Shown in pieces: positions 1-14,274 of a stretch of DNA of 64,000 bases. A model generated the notes under the pieces. That model worked only from the letters and a program-made list of their open reading frames with translations. It did not search any database and was not told where the DNA came from. Each line of letters begins with the position of its first letter. The first letter of the stretch is position 1. Source of the stretch: Callorhinchus milii (lineage: Eukaryota); NCBI RefSeq assembly GCF_018977255.1, contig NW_024704742.1, forward strand, positions 119,538,001 through 119,602,000, written 5' to 3'. The position numbers and the translations under genes are program-made.

Positions 1-288
1 GTCACTGCTACAGCCTCTCTGCTCTGTACTTGTGGCATTCAATTCCAAAGGTCTAGGATCTGCAGTAGTGTAAACAATAGTGATTTAGTACAAGAGATTG
101 CATAGAAATTGAATCATTCACAATGCAGATCAGTTTCTCTCATAATCTGAATTGATCTTTTAAGATAAATTCAACTTTAAAGCAGCCAGCTCACAGGTCT
201 CTCTCTCACCATCTCTATACCCGTCAAGCTCTTCATAGAAAAAATACACTCACAGCTGATAGACAAATTAGCTTGTCAGGTGGATAAA

Positions 289-2215
289 CAATAGCAGCAG
301 CAAAATTACATTTGTATAGCACCTTTCATGGTGGGAGGACGTCCCAATGCGCTGGACAGACAGAGCTTCGGACCTGATTCGGGGGTCAGGATCGGGGAGG
401 GTGGAGGGCAGGGAGGGAAGCAGGGTGATTGAAAGCAGTCGAAGAAGAAGGTCTTGAGATGAGTCTTGAAGGAGGCAAGGAATGGGGCGAGTTGGAGGGA
501 TTGCAGGATAGAATTCCAGAGGGTGAGGGCAGAGTGACAGAAGACCTGCCCGCCAATATTGGAGCGAGCGAGGCAGGGGACATGAGCAGGCCGGAGCCCG
601 TTGAGAGGAGGGAGCGAACAGGATGGTAGGGCTTTAGGAGGTCGCAGAGGTAGGGGGGAGCAAGGCCATGGAGGGCTTTGAAGGTGAGGACCTTGAACTG
701 TATCCTCTGTGTGATGGGAAGCCAGTGGAGTTGGGGAAGACGATGGTGATAGGGTCACGGAGCCTGGTGCAGAAGAGGACACGGGCTGCAGAGTTTTGGA
801 TGATATGCAGCCTATGGAGGGAGGAGTTGGGGAGGCCAACGAGCAAGGTATTTGCATAGTCAAGCCTCGATGTAATGAATGTGTGTATGAGGGTTTCGTC
901 GGAGCCAGGCAATGTTGCGGAAGGTGGGGGAAGGCATTGCGGATCATAGCACTGATGAGGGGTAGAAAGGATAGTTGAGGGTCAAACAAGATGCCAAGAC
1001 TCCGGACTGGTTTAGTAAGGTGGAGTGTGCAACCATGGATGGTGATGCTGTCAGTGCCTGAGGTGAGGAGGTGCTGACAGGAGCCAATCAGGAGGCCCTT
1101 GGTCTTGTTGATGTTCAACTGAAGACAGTTAGCTCTCACCTCGGACTTGATGTCTGACAGAGATTCTGCCAGGATAGCAGTGGTCCTGGAGTCAAGGGTG
1201 GAGGCAGAGAGGTAGAGTTGGATGTCATCCGCATATATGTGGAATTTGATCCCATGTCTGCGGATAATGTCACCAAGTGGGAGCATATATTTATTGAAGA
1301 GGAGGGGACCAAGGACAGAGCCCTGAGGAACGCAACACGAGACGGTCCAGGGGCTGGAGGAGAAACTATTTGTGGAGATGAACTGGAAGCGGTGTGAGAG
1401 ATACAATCTGAACCAGTCAAGGACAGAGCCGTGAAGGTTGAGGTGAGAGGAGAGGCGGCGGATGAGGATAGAGTGATTGATGGTATCGAAGGCAGCGAGG
1501 AGGTCAAGGAGGATGAGGTAGAGGGAGCCCTGGTCGCAGACGGACAGAATGTCTGTAACTTTGACCAGAGCAGTTTCTGTGCTGTGGGCGGCACAGAAAC
1601 TCGATTGGAGGGGTTTGAGAAGAGAGTGGCGAGAGAGGAAGGAGTAAAGCTGGGAAGCACAACTCGTTCCAGGACCTTGGAGAGGAAGGGGAGGTTGGAG
1701 GTGGGCCGGTAGCTTGAGAGATTGGTCCAGGGAGGATTTTTTATGGAGTGATGATGGCCATTTTTAATGGGGTGAGAACAGTGCCAGTAAACAGGGAGAG
1801 GTTTATCATGTCTGTGAGTAGAGGAAGAAGGAGATGGAGCTGGGATGTAAGGAGAGGGGTAGTGAGAGGGTCGAGAGAGCAGGTGGTCAGTTTCATGCAG
1901 GTTATAGTGGTGGTGAGAGAGGAGTGGGAGACAGGTTCGGAGGTGTGGAGGGAGGGATGGGTAGGGGCCGGGTTGGGAGGGGGAGATGAGGAGAGTGTAG
2001 CAGATGGAATGACAGAGGCAGCTGAGTGGATCCCCTCAACTTTGGATTCAAGGAAGTCCAGCATCACCTCGCAGTTGGCATTTGAAGTGATGATGGGTGA
2101 GGCGATGATGGGTGAGGCGTGAGAGAGTGGGAGGAGGAGCTGGTTGGTGATGGAGAAGAGGCGCTTGGGGTAAACTTGACAATTGGGGAGGGAGGATGTT
2201 TGATCAAATAGGTGT
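289..2215 (-). mobile_element. L2-clade LINE, 5'-truncated and frameshifted (RT domain plus 3' tail)
   Basis: ORF fragments with VPQGSVLGPLLF, YADD and ITSRLDYANTLL; 3' stem-loop and degenerate (TTG/CTG)n tail near 290-350. Confidence 0.93.
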
Positions 2216-5200
2216 TTTGAAACAGAGCTCATATGTCAACAAAGACTTTGCTCTCAGATTGGCTACATATTAGATAATAAAAAAACAGGCTCTTACCAGT
2301 TGGTGCAGTGTTTATGAACCAGGTTAATCCACAAGCCACCTAATATGTTTCAATGGCCTGTAGGTAGTTGTGAATAAATCAGATTTATAAATGCAGCTGG
2401 CTGCCAGCGTCAGTTACATTTGAAGTTTTCTGGTAGGAACGCAAACAATGTTTCCTAATACATTTACTTGGTAAAACAGGTTATAAAAACCATTGTTACA
2501 ACAAAACCAGCTCTGGAATCACGCACTTACCTCCAGTGTTAACACGGTTGTCTTTTGTGATAGTCAGATTAAATCAATTTATGCATTTGTTCTGCATGTT
2601 TTGGAGGTAAATTGTAGCAATTTTGGCTAGGATTTGACAACAAATGTGTAAAATAAGCTAGACTGAGGCAGCCAGAATCATCCTGGAACACCATTGTCAA
2701 TAGTGAGCTCCACTTTGATTCTCTAAAGTTGCACTCCTTTTCATCTCATAATGGGGATCATAAAGTGACTTGATCTCAAGTGAGATCATATCCACTGCTG
2801 AAACTATGTCAGGCTCCAGGCTAGGAGAGATGGATGCAGATGCCTTATACATTCAGCGCAGAAGCGTACTATAGGTGGTGGGGGGGGGGGGGGGGTGTCG
2901 AGGACTTAAGGGAATTTGTCCCAAAGAAATCTCAAGAACTGATAAAGCAGTTGAAATGCATCATTTTTGGGACCACCTTTGAAATCTCGAAGATGATGCA
3001 ACAACAACCAACAACAACAAAATTACATTTATAGAGCGCCTTTCACGTCGGGAGGACGTCCCAAAGCGCTGATTTATAGTGAGATGTCGTAACTGAGATG
3101 TGCCAAACGTTCCTCTTGTTTATTTCCCTTCCTTCAAGTGCTAACTTGTAGAGCAGGGAGGCTATATGCTCGCCCTAGATTTTGGGTAAAACCAAGTGAA
3201 TCCAAAATCTGCCGTGTAATAAATTAGCATGTATAGGAACTGTAATTTATTTGAATACCGCCTGAAGGAAATGCTATGCTGTGCATTATCAAAGCTAAGT
3301 CAGAATACAATGACTTATAACAGGAATGTAAACATTAATATTTGTATGGAGACCAATTTATATTTATGATACATTCACCGATATATGTAAAACTAAAATT
3401 TCTCCCTCAGAAATGTGATAGATCTTCACTGTTGTTTTGTGTTCATGCCATCTACAGAGATTGATTTTGCAAGAACAAATTACTTCAGTAAATCACATAT
3501 TCTACTCTTTCCTCTTCCAGCATTTACTTCGAGCATACCCACCCCGTCTACCAAACTACAGAGAAGATATTTGTTTTTAAATCAGTATGTGGGATTTCTC
3601 TGGGATAACATTTTCATTACTGCTAGAAAAAATACTCATTTGCATCCTTTCCTGTTAGTTTTCTCCATGTATTAAATTATAAATAACTATTTTAATATTA
3701 CAGAATATTAAAAGCTAAAGCTTGCTCATACAGTTAGAAAACAGAATAACTGCAATTTGTACGTGCTTACATTAGAATTCTATACAATTAAAGCATGCAA
3801 CACAATATGAGAAGCTTGGTGTGAATTGGAATTGAATCTTGATATGAGACGGCAACTCATTTTTATAGCTCCCATATTTATGTGGTTACATAGATGTTTT
3901 CTAAAACAAATATTGTTTGAAAGTCTATTTTCTTACCAATGTGTGCCAGGCACTCAACAATTACAATGCTGAGGCAATATGATACAAGACACCAAGAAAA
4001 TTGCATCCTGTTTGCAACAATTGACCGGAAGAAAAATAGCACTGTACACAACAAACATACAGTGCAATTAAAAACAATTCTTGCAGATCATTGGATCACC
4101 TTCTTTATTACTTATTACAAATCATATCAGAAAGACCGGCTTGTGTCCTCCACACAAAATGATTACAACTGACATCAGGTACACACCTCAGTCTTAAATT
4201 TTAAAAGTATATTAAAAGATTGTGCAGAATTTTGGAAAATTAATTATCTCAGTCTTAATTACGATGACTCGGGAGTTTCAAACACATGATCCTAAGTTTG
4301 CTTTAGTCACAAACCTGCCAGCGTTCTACGTGCTAATAATGGCCAGGTCATCACAGATTGTTACATATATACAGTATGTTACAATAGGGTTCTTCTTTAT
4401 GGGGAGGACTGCCATTGAATTGATCTCAAATTTCAATTAAAGTCTCATTTAATTAATTTAATTTATTAATTAGTTTAATTCAATTAAGGGTTAGGGTTAG
4501 GGTTATGCTTGTGTGATACTCTTGACATTCTCCAAAAGGATATGAGTGAAAGTAAACATATCCCACAAGACCCTCCTCTTTGACTGTGCCTTCGGTCACT
4601 CTACTTGCCCCCATGTCCTCCACCCTCCCTGATCCTGAGCTCGGGTCCAAAACACTGATTGTCCATCACCTTGGGACGTCCTTCCAACTTGAAAGGTGCT
4701 ATACAAATGTAATTTTGTTGTTGTTGATGGTGCAAACAGTGTGGGAAACACTGTACACAGAATTAGATCAGGGCCAAAGTCTAATTTCCATGTGGTAACA
4801 AGAGAGATTCGGATGAAGAATGGACTTCGATCCGTTTAATCTCAATTTCCATAGAAGACATATTCCCATTACAACAGTAATTGCTTCACAATAAATCCTG
4901 TGAATGCTTTGAGACATTTTGACAGCGTCGTAAGGTGGTATAACAAATGTAAGGATTAACATTATTATTATTCAGACAATATGAAAGTTTTAATTTCTAA
5001 ATGGCTTCCAATTGGTGAAAAGATCTGGTAGTTTATTCGTAGATAATTGTCAGCTTGGTTTAGCTGGTAGCACTTTTGCCTCCGAGTCAGAAGGTTGTGG
5101 GTTCAACCCCATGTCACAGCTTTGAACTCAATCTAGGACGACAGGACGATGCAGACCTGCAGTCTCAGAGGTGCTGATGAACTGCGATATCCATATAACA

Positions 5201-8200
5201 TGCATTTTGAGAAGCTTATTTTCCCATGAAAGGCATGTAAGTTTTTAAGTGCAAATTGGTATTGATAAATAATTTTACTATTCTGTAATTAGCAATAAAT
5301 AAAGAGAAACTTTCTTCTCTATTTGAATAGTGGGGTTAACACTTTTAACTTGGTGTGAGCCAACAGATAATTGGATTTACTAATAAAGCTTTAAAGAGTT
5401 CTTCAGATGAAAATTAATGAAACCTAAACATCTAATATTGATTATGTTGGATAATATTGTCTATTGGATGAAACTGAAAAAAAATCAAAACATTAAAAAA
5501 GTAAAAGATATTGAGAAAAAATTGGGAAATAATTTAGGCAGGAATATTTGCAGGGTTTGAACTAAAATTATGTAAATGGGTCTTTGCCGAGTTGCCAAAG
5601 AGCAGTTGGCTAACAGAGAAAATCTTAATGCAAGACATCTGCAATGCAGATTAGAAAGTATCACACTCTGTCGCATGCTATGATCAGCAGGGGGTTAGTT
5701 AACGGGACAAATAATAATTCTACAGCATCTGCACTGTACCATAAGCCATTGGGAAAGTTAGTAGCCAGAAACTACAGCTTGTGAATCACATGGGCTGGAG
5801 TGGACCCAAGGTAGTGTAGGAGAAAATATGTAATACATACAAGAGTAGGCTCTTACACTTTGTCCTTTTAAACAGCTAGGTGAATTATTAGGAATTATTT
5901 CTACCACTAAGCAGTCTGTAATGACTGAACTGGGGATTTACTGTATGATCATTTTATGTGATTCCTTCTATTGCATCTCTGCAGAATTCAGCAGCTTGTG
6001 TCTTTTCCCACACTAGTCTCCATGAGCCTTTCGCTCCCATCCTCGCCCAGTTCCTTTGGCTCCCCAACCCTGTAGCAGAACAAGTTCAAGATCCTTTTTC
6101 TCACCTTTAAATCTTTCCACAGACTCGTCCTAGCCTGCCTTTTTGACCTCTTCAAACCTACCTAATAGATGGGGCAATTAGTGTGTAGTTGCTGGGACAA
6201 AAGAAATGCCAATCAAATTATAACATAAGCAACCCAGAAATCTTATTCTTCGTCCAGTGCAACCTTTCTCCATTTTGTTAAACTAGTAATCCTCCCAACT
6301 CTTCTTGAATTCCTTCAAATAGGTTGTCCCACATAATATTCCTTCTCTCCCGCATTCTCAATGTTGAAATCAAAATTCATCTACTTTCCGGTGTTTCTCA
6401 AGCTTTGGCTCTTGCTAAAGCTTGGGAAACTTGCACGTAGTGCTTTCTGAGATTAGGCGAGCAGGGTGCAACCCTGTAATTCAAGACACTTGGCTGACAA
6501 ATTAAAACCGTTGGGGAACATTTCTGGATGAATAGCAGTGATGTCATTGTGCCACTCATATGTTCTTCTGAATGGAAAATTTCTTAACGATCACAAAGTG
6601 CCGCACCCAATTGAACTAACCACCTCACCTCAGCAGAACAGTGGCTGATGCTCAGGAAGTGAATAGCTTGTGACATTATACTCATAATTACAAACCGTGC
6701 AATATTTCAGTGCTGTTTTGTAACCAATAACTACAGTTTGAAGACTCTCTCTGAGTAACCCACTGCAAAGGACGTGCAATCATTTAGTTCAATTCTTTAT
6801 AATTACTGAAAAGATTATTCAATGATAACAACTTGCATTTATATAGCACCCTTCATGTATGGTAGTATCTTGGAGCACTTCATCATAAAGCTTTTATAGT
6901 TTAGCACTGTGTAGAATTTGTCCCTCTAACTACAATTAAATAATTCAAATCCACCCTGGTTTCTTGAATAAATATTGAAATAAATACAATCCTAAAAATC
7001 TCGATTATAAGAGAGGGTCACATAAAAAGAACTCTTTGGCCCATCTGATCCCATTCTTAATCACATTCAAAATTTCTAAAGATAAAACAAGCTGTTTGGC
7101 AATGATTGGCAAACAATAGTAGAAGCACAGTAGAATTTGTGGGTAACTCAGCTTTAAATGAGAGCAATCAGGCACTTTTTCTATTTGAAACTAATAGTTA
7201 CCAAAATCCCATATTTATTCACGAAAGTATTTACTAATAAGGGCAAAATAGGCCAGTTTATTGACTCTTTTTAGCATTAGTTTATAATGTATAACACGGC
7301 AGAAATGGCAGCATTTCTCTCAGTGTTTTTCTTTGAATATAGATTATCCTGCACACATCATAGGATAATCCCATTGAGATAGGAGTTTTATACTCTCCAA
7401 ATTCATGCGAGACTCATACAAACTCACAATTCCACAGGGGAGAAAAGCCACCAGACCAGCACCTATTCCTTCTTGATTTAAGCAGCTTAGTGTGGAAACT
7501 CTCAATATACTCAGCTTATTGGTAACTTTATCATCAAACAAGAAATTATACACTCACTTCCAAAGGCTTGTCAATTTTACATGCAATGGGAGAATACGCT
7601 GTGCATATCAAATTGAATATTAAAGCATGCTAAATCAGAATTAGAACAAGGAGCAGGGTACAAATGAGGTCTCTGAAATGTGAATTCTATTCACAGAATT
7701 AAGACACCCATAACAAAGGCAGATGATTCCAGCTCTCTTTCCTGGGATTATTTTTCACATGTTTTACAATCATAATGTCCAAAAACTTGGGAGTGAGAAA
7801 AAAAATAATTTTAGCCTTAAAATAGGCTTCAGTCTCAAATGATATTTTAAGATTGGAAATTACCTTAAAGCTGAAATAACTATATCCTTTGGAACCTACA
7901 TTTTAAGCAAAAACATGAAGATTATTCTGTGTGAATGCCTTACAAATGGCAGGAACTCTTGACAGTGGTTGTCGTGGTGCTAATACTTGTCCTTGTAATT
8001 GGTTATCAATCTATAAATTTGTAACTAGATGTGCTGATATACCACATTGATATGGTGAGATATTGGTTTGATTTTTGAGAAATAAATCAGTAGCACCAAA
8101 TAAGAGTGTGAATGTCTCAGAAATTAGAAAATTGAGAAAAGAGAACATCGGCTGAAAGGAACAGACACATTGCTGAAGAATGCAGAAATGTTGTTGCCTA

Positions 8201-9526
8201 AGGCATGAAACAGACTCTAGGCCTTTCATGAGCCTATAAATCATAAATCTTTTTTTTTGGTTTGCAAAATTATGGGGATTAAAAACTGCAATGCTCACAA
8301 TGAATTAAAATTAACTTCCTTTATGTCCTCAGTCCAACTGCACACAAAGCTGCATCCCCAGAAAATGTTTCAATAGACTTACAAAGTTCTTTTTCTTTAA
8401 GGCCCTATAAAGATCAATTTCTCTGGGTGTTACTGGATTCCATCCCTACATCAACACCACCTGCAATTCTATTCTCAGTTTGCAGAACCAACAAACTACA
8501 ATGACATAGTATTCAGAGAACACAATCTTCCTGCCTACTAGTTGGTCTGCATGTTTACTGATGACTAAAAAATTACCCCCAGTTGTGCCTTGAACGACAG
8601 CTAAAATCTGTAGATTAGAAACATGAAAACATGTATTTTCCACTAGCAATGTTTGAAGTAGGTGGAGGAAACGGGAAGAGAGGAATAGCATTCCCAATTT
8701 AAAAAACATTTTAGTTAAACAACTTATCCATATTGGAGTCCAGTAGGTACCCTGTTATAAACAGGATTCGAAGGGGCTCTTCAAGAAAACAGCAACATAA
8801 ACGGTGTCTCAAAGCCAGAAAATGTGCCCAACAATATAATATACATCTCAGCAGGGACCCTAACTTGTGAAAATTTGACTACAACTATCTCAAATTGGTG
8901 CTATGCTCTTTTAGGTCAGTGTGATGTACATGAGGTTCACTTGAGGAGGTTCAATTTATGTAATAAGGTCCTGTTAGAATTGTTGGACATTATGATGCTC
9001 TTTTTCGTGACGAGTGCTTTTTCAGATGATTAGATTATGCGCTGATTAGATTAGATTATTTAAGTGCAAACCATGTGTAAATCCATGGTTATAAAGGGAG
9101 TACATGTATTTTTACTTAACCAATGAAAAGGATTGATTACATTGCACAAATCCTTTCTATTGGCTCATGATTATGTTTACACCTTCACAAATGGTTTACA
9201 TACATATTGATAATATACCTACATTTACACATACTTTACATATGCTAAACAATAGACCGTATTGTCATAGCAACAAATATCAGATGTTAAGTGTAATGTT
9301 GGGGTTAATTTCAATAGCTTTTGAGCCAGTGGAACCCATTATTAGCCAATTTCAATTAGCCATCGAGTGGGGGATGGATGGGACATTCCCTCCAATATAG
9401 CAGATAATCAAAATTTGACTTCAACTTCCTACAGCCTCCGACACAGCTGACGACTTCCCTCTCTTTCCCTTAACTCTTACTGTTACTCCCTCTGTGACAA
9501 GTTCAACAGAACACTAAAGTGATTCG

Positions 9527-9640
9527 TAAAACGCAAAATACTGCAGATACTGGAAAGCTGAAACAAAAACAGAAGTCGCAGGTCAGGCAGCCTCTATGGA
9601 GAAAGGAAAGTGGGTCAACATTTCGGGTCCATGACCCTTT
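9527..9640 (-). mobile_element. Short dispersed element of the same family
   Basis: Shares AAATACTG.AGAT...CTGAAACAAAAACAGAAG and GCAGGTCAGGCAGC with the other copies; no clear TSD. Confidence 0.75.
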
Positions 9641-9989
9641 AAGATAATGAAAACAACACATTGTTCAAGAATTTGGCACATCAGGATACTGCAAACAATC
9701 ACATGCTTTGCAAAGCAATATGAACAGGTTGCAGGGTTAGCAAATACAATCTCCCTTGTCTAACTGTGTCCAGTGCTTGGTTTGCTAGGTTACCATCTAT
9801 GACTAGTGTGTAACAGTAGCTTAAATCCACTGGAAGCAATTGTGGCTTTCAAGTTGCAAATACACACATACACACATCTGCAAACTTTGCAGCTTTGTAA
9901 AATTGCAAAGAGAGAGGAATCATAATTCCTTAATATTAAACCAACAGTAGGTTAAAATTATATATTAAATTGTAAATCGGTAAAATTAC

Positions 9990-10075
9990 CTTTTGGATCG
10001 TCGTAGCCTGGTTCCATTTAGAAAACGGGGTGCGGAGAGGCCCGAGAGAATGGACCACAAGCTTGAATCAGACAT
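9990..10075 (-). CDS. MAST4: MAST alternative first coding exon: MSDSSLWSILSGLSAPRFLNGTRLRRSK(S), phase 2
   Basis: Minus strand ATG TCT GAT TCA AGC TTG TGG ... CTA CGA CGA TCC AAA AG|gtaatt. Similar to recalled MAST1 MSDSLWTALSNF...FRRTKS and MAST4 isoform MSDPNFWTVLSNF...LRRTQS starts, which splice to CRTSNRKSL. Confidence 0.85.
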
Positions 10076-13000
10076 GATCCAAACTTGAACGCTTCACATT
10101 CCTTGCACACGTAAACAGGGTCTTATCGCATTCAAAACAAAGGTGTGGACGACTACAGTTTAAAACATGAGGAGGAAACGTCAGCCTTTAACATCAGTTG
10201 AAAGCAGCTTGGAAAGCGCAGCCTTCAACGTCAGTTAAAGAAATGCTCTTTTTGAAGACTTGTCACCAACTGAAGTCCCAATCTCAAGCAGCAAGCATTG
10301 GTATTGGATATTTGGCTAAAAGGCACTTCTTCCCTTCCGGTCTAGTCATCACTATTATTCTGTACTCCAAGGGGCCTGAAAACTTCTCCAGTTACTATAA
10401 CGCAAGCCTACAATTACCTCTTTCGCTGCTAAAAAAAGAGAGCAGCCTTCGCGTTACACTTACGCTGTGTTCTGGTACAACACTCAGTTTTCAGTTGTAA
10501 CACTTTAGCCGAAGGTAAATCATCTATGTTATGTGGCATCTACCATTCTGAGGAACAGGGAGGGAAAAACATGTGGCTGTATATTCAAATAAGCCATACA
10601 CTGGGAAACCTGTGTACGCATACCAGGCAGCTATAGCATTTGCAGTTTTGATTCATCACTGGTTTCCATGTTAAATGCATAAAATTGAGTATGCAGTTTG
10701 ATATGTTGAAAATATATTTCCTGCTCCCACACTCCAAATCATGGATGTGAAACAATCCCTACAGTACTACTTAAAGCTGTTACGTCTGATCCCAATCCTT
10801 ACCTATGACCAGGTAAGAATGGAACCAGCACAAGAACAGACCTACAGGAAAGAACTTTCTGCTCAACAAATATAGGGCTATGCATACAAACTGCTTGTGC
10901 AATTGTACAACATGTAGACACTGCCCTTTAAGAAAGTAAAACATGCATTCTCCTTTTACAATATCTAGGGGGCACCGTTGAACAGTAAATCACAACAGTG
11001 AAGTAATTTCAGACACAGTACGTCTCTTACATCAATGGGAAACATTGTCAATATTAGTTCATAGCCGTACAACAGAAGCAGAGCAGCAGCAGAAAATAAT
11101 AGCTTATAAGCCCAGCATGAATAAAATACTTCTGCATTGGGAAAGAAAAATACACTTGGCTTAATGTTTTAATAATCCTTGCATTTGATATAGTGCCTTA
11201 TCATGTCTCCGAGACGTTTCAAAGTGCTTCACAGAATATACTGTAAAGTGAATTGACTATATTTTGTGGGCGAAACGCAGCAGCCATTTGCGCAGAGCAG
11301 CGTCCCACAAACAGTCGTGGATTAAGTGACCAAACTTTTATTTACCCTTTTATCTGTTCCAGTGTATTGGGTCTTTAAAGGGGTGTACCCATTAAGAATT
11401 GCCATCTTCCGAAGGTTTATTTCATGGAAGACCGCAGTCTGACATTTCAGAGGATAGTCTAGTGATGGAAAGCAGGGGGCCTCACAGCGCAAGTTCACTG
11501 AACAGTTACTGATGCCAGTAGGAGAACATATCCATTTCCACAAAAGGTCAAGCTGCTATGATAAATTTGACAGACACTGAAAAATTAAGGCTGTGGGGAT
11601 AATCAGTTTACACTGGAAATACTTCCATAGATTCCTCCCTCTTTAAGACAGTCTTCACAATTGATAGGCTAATTTCCCTCTAATATTAATTATATATGAC
11701 AATATTCTGGGAACTAAAGGGGATGGTCCTTTTTTTTCCTTGAGAATCTTTTAAAGCATTTTGATTAAAAACAGGATGTTCTACAACTTCTCTCCAGAGT
11801 TAAAATGGGGCCAAAGTTAACTTGTCAATAGCCAGAAAAGTTCAAAGAAAGTAATAAGTACAGAAAGATTCAATCCATTCTCCTTATCCAAGCTGCTGGA
11901 TGATGGTAATATAATCCTTGCATTTGTTATAGTGCCTATCAAATTTCACCCATAAAATATACAGTCAATTCACTTTATAGTATATTCTGCAAAGAACTTT
12001 GTGACGTCTTGAAGACGTGATAAGGCGCTATATCAAATGCGAGGATTATTATGTTTACGTCTTCTAGACGTCTCAAAGCTCTTCACAGAATATACTATAA
12101 AGTGAATTGATTGTGTTTCCTACACTGCTATCTCATTCCTACAAATTCAATTATTTTAGNAAAAAAATGTGAACTCTTTCACATCCAACTCTCGTCTCTC
12201 TCTCCAGAGGATCTTGTAATGCTGTCTTTTGTTCAAGTGAATCTACTGTTGTTGCATTATTCACATTCTGTGTCAGTTTATTCCACAAGCAATACAGAAC
12301 ATTCTCATGTGTGATGCCTCAATTCCTCATTCGCAGTTTCCTTCACATTGCTAATCTGTATTCAATGAAAGAATATTAGTCTCCATTTTACATGCTTGCA
12401 TCTTCTCTTCAACCTTACCTTTCTAATTACACTGCACTAACAACAATGTTGAGATGCAAACAAGCAACTGTTTAAGCAGCAAATCTATTCTCAAACGCAG
12501 GCTGAAAGTCCTGCTCGTTAGTTTAGTACTACTGGTTAAATTTGTACCAACGCAAAAGAGCTGATGGGAGAGATAGCTCTTTTGAATCATTGGAATCAGA
12601 AAGGTTAGGTAGGCACTTGAGGTCTAAGAATTAAAACCTCCTCTTACACGTTAGCTAGTCACACTGAAATCCATGCCCATTGTTATTAGCACAGGATTCG
12701 TGACCCATGTCTTGCTATACAATACAATTTATATTCATAAGATGCCTTTCTCCTTGGGAGGATGTCTCAAAGCGCGCAACAATTCTGGCCTGGCACCCAA
12801 GCTGGAAACGGAAACCGAGCGGGGTGAGAATGGGAAAGATGACTGAAAGCACAGTCAGATGATAGATATGCATGTCTTTTGACCGTACGTACGGTTACCT
12901 CCCCACCTACCCACCTCCCACCCCCCCCCCCCCAGCAGGGAGTCAGGCTCCACCATTGTTACACACTCCGAGATGCTATCTTGCGTGAAGGGCGCTAAAT

Positions 13001-14274
13001 AAGTGAAAGTTGTTGTATAATTTAACTTGCATGGCAATGCAAAAAACTATGTGATTCCAACACAAGGTGTGAAGTGTAGGTGGTGTATTTGCATCTGGAA
13101 TCATCTCAGTTTTAGTACCTCAGTTTTTTCCGCCAATTTCTAATCTTTTAAAGGAGATCATTAGGTTGATGCAAAAAGCAGAGCAGAAAATCCACTTCAA
13201 GTGGGACAGACCAGGTCCCAGGAATGAACCCCTGTTCTGTGCTGACTTGAAACAAACCAATCTTAGCCAGGGGAGCTGTAAAGTGAAGCACTGTACAACC
13301 AGTCACTGTGTACCCACACTCATGAGGGAGAAAATAAGAGCTCATCAGGATCCAGCGACTCTTGCTGCGAGTGTGTGTACAAGCTTTGGACCACGTAAGA
13401 TGAGCGACAATCATCTTTTCTGGTTCTGTACATTTTCCATACTTTCATTTGCCTGCTTGTCCCTCATGCCCTCAGCCACTACACCCCCAAACTCTGGAAC
13501 ACTCTTCCTCTATCCCTCCGCCTTGTCCACTCCTTTTCCATCTTCAAGTCGCAACTGAAGACCTTCCTCTTCAACAGTGCCTATGGTCATCTCTCTTGTC
13601 CTCCCAGTTCGACCATCTGCTCCATTACCATCAAGCGCTCTGGGATGCTACCCTGCGTGAGTGGCGCTGTATGAATGCAAGTTGTTGCTGTTGTCTTCAT
13701 TTGGGCTTATGAATCACAATGATTAAGAAATACATGAGGCAGGATCTCGGTGCTTGCTGTGTGGCACACTGCGCACAGTCACAGGGCTGCAAGCTCTCTA
13801 CCTCAATGGCTGTTGCTCTACCCTTTATGTCTGCAAGCTTAGGCACACTGTTGTGGGGAGGAGTCAGTGTACAAGGAGAAGCGGAGGAAAAAAGATCCCC
13901 AGGCATTTCTAAATCGCTCAACTGCTGACTCAAAGAGTGGATCCAGTAGTAGATTGGTCACACACACACAACTTCCCCCTGCCCCCCACCACACACAGAG
14001 ACACACCAGCACACACAACCTAGGAAGAAAACTAGGGAGATTTGATATCTATATTTAACAAAAATATAAAAAGCACCAAAACAAATCTAATTTATTGGAT
14101 ACTCCACTAGTTCCCTGTTCGAACATGATATTTTTCCAGTCATACCATGCTAGAATTATTTAATCGGACCATCAATCAAATTTGCCACATCTCTCAAGTA
14201 TCCGTTGTAACACTATGAGAGTCCGTATCAACAACAACAACAAAACAACATATTATGATGCTCTGATACACTAG

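Noticed and set aside
306..2232. Long ORFs of 160-366 aa, also at 14.4, 23.1, 26.3 and 51.0 kb, as host genes
   Set aside because: They are frameshifted L2 ORF2 remnants or their shadow frames.
2297..2600. Minus-strand donors at ~2296 and ~2530 and a CRTNA-like peptide at ~2590 as the CRTSNRKSL exon
   Set aside because: Stops in the relevant frames and no SNRKSL continuation; the real exon was not found in the window.
9990..10017. Alternative reading MEPGYDDPK before the same donor
   Set aside because: It ends in phase 1 and has no homology; the phase-2 MSDSSLW frame matches MAST proteins.
10418..10463. Apparent 11-nt microexon and nearby GTAAGT donor upstream of the MSDS exon
   Set aside because: Not frame-preserving and the implied intron of ~35 nt is too short.
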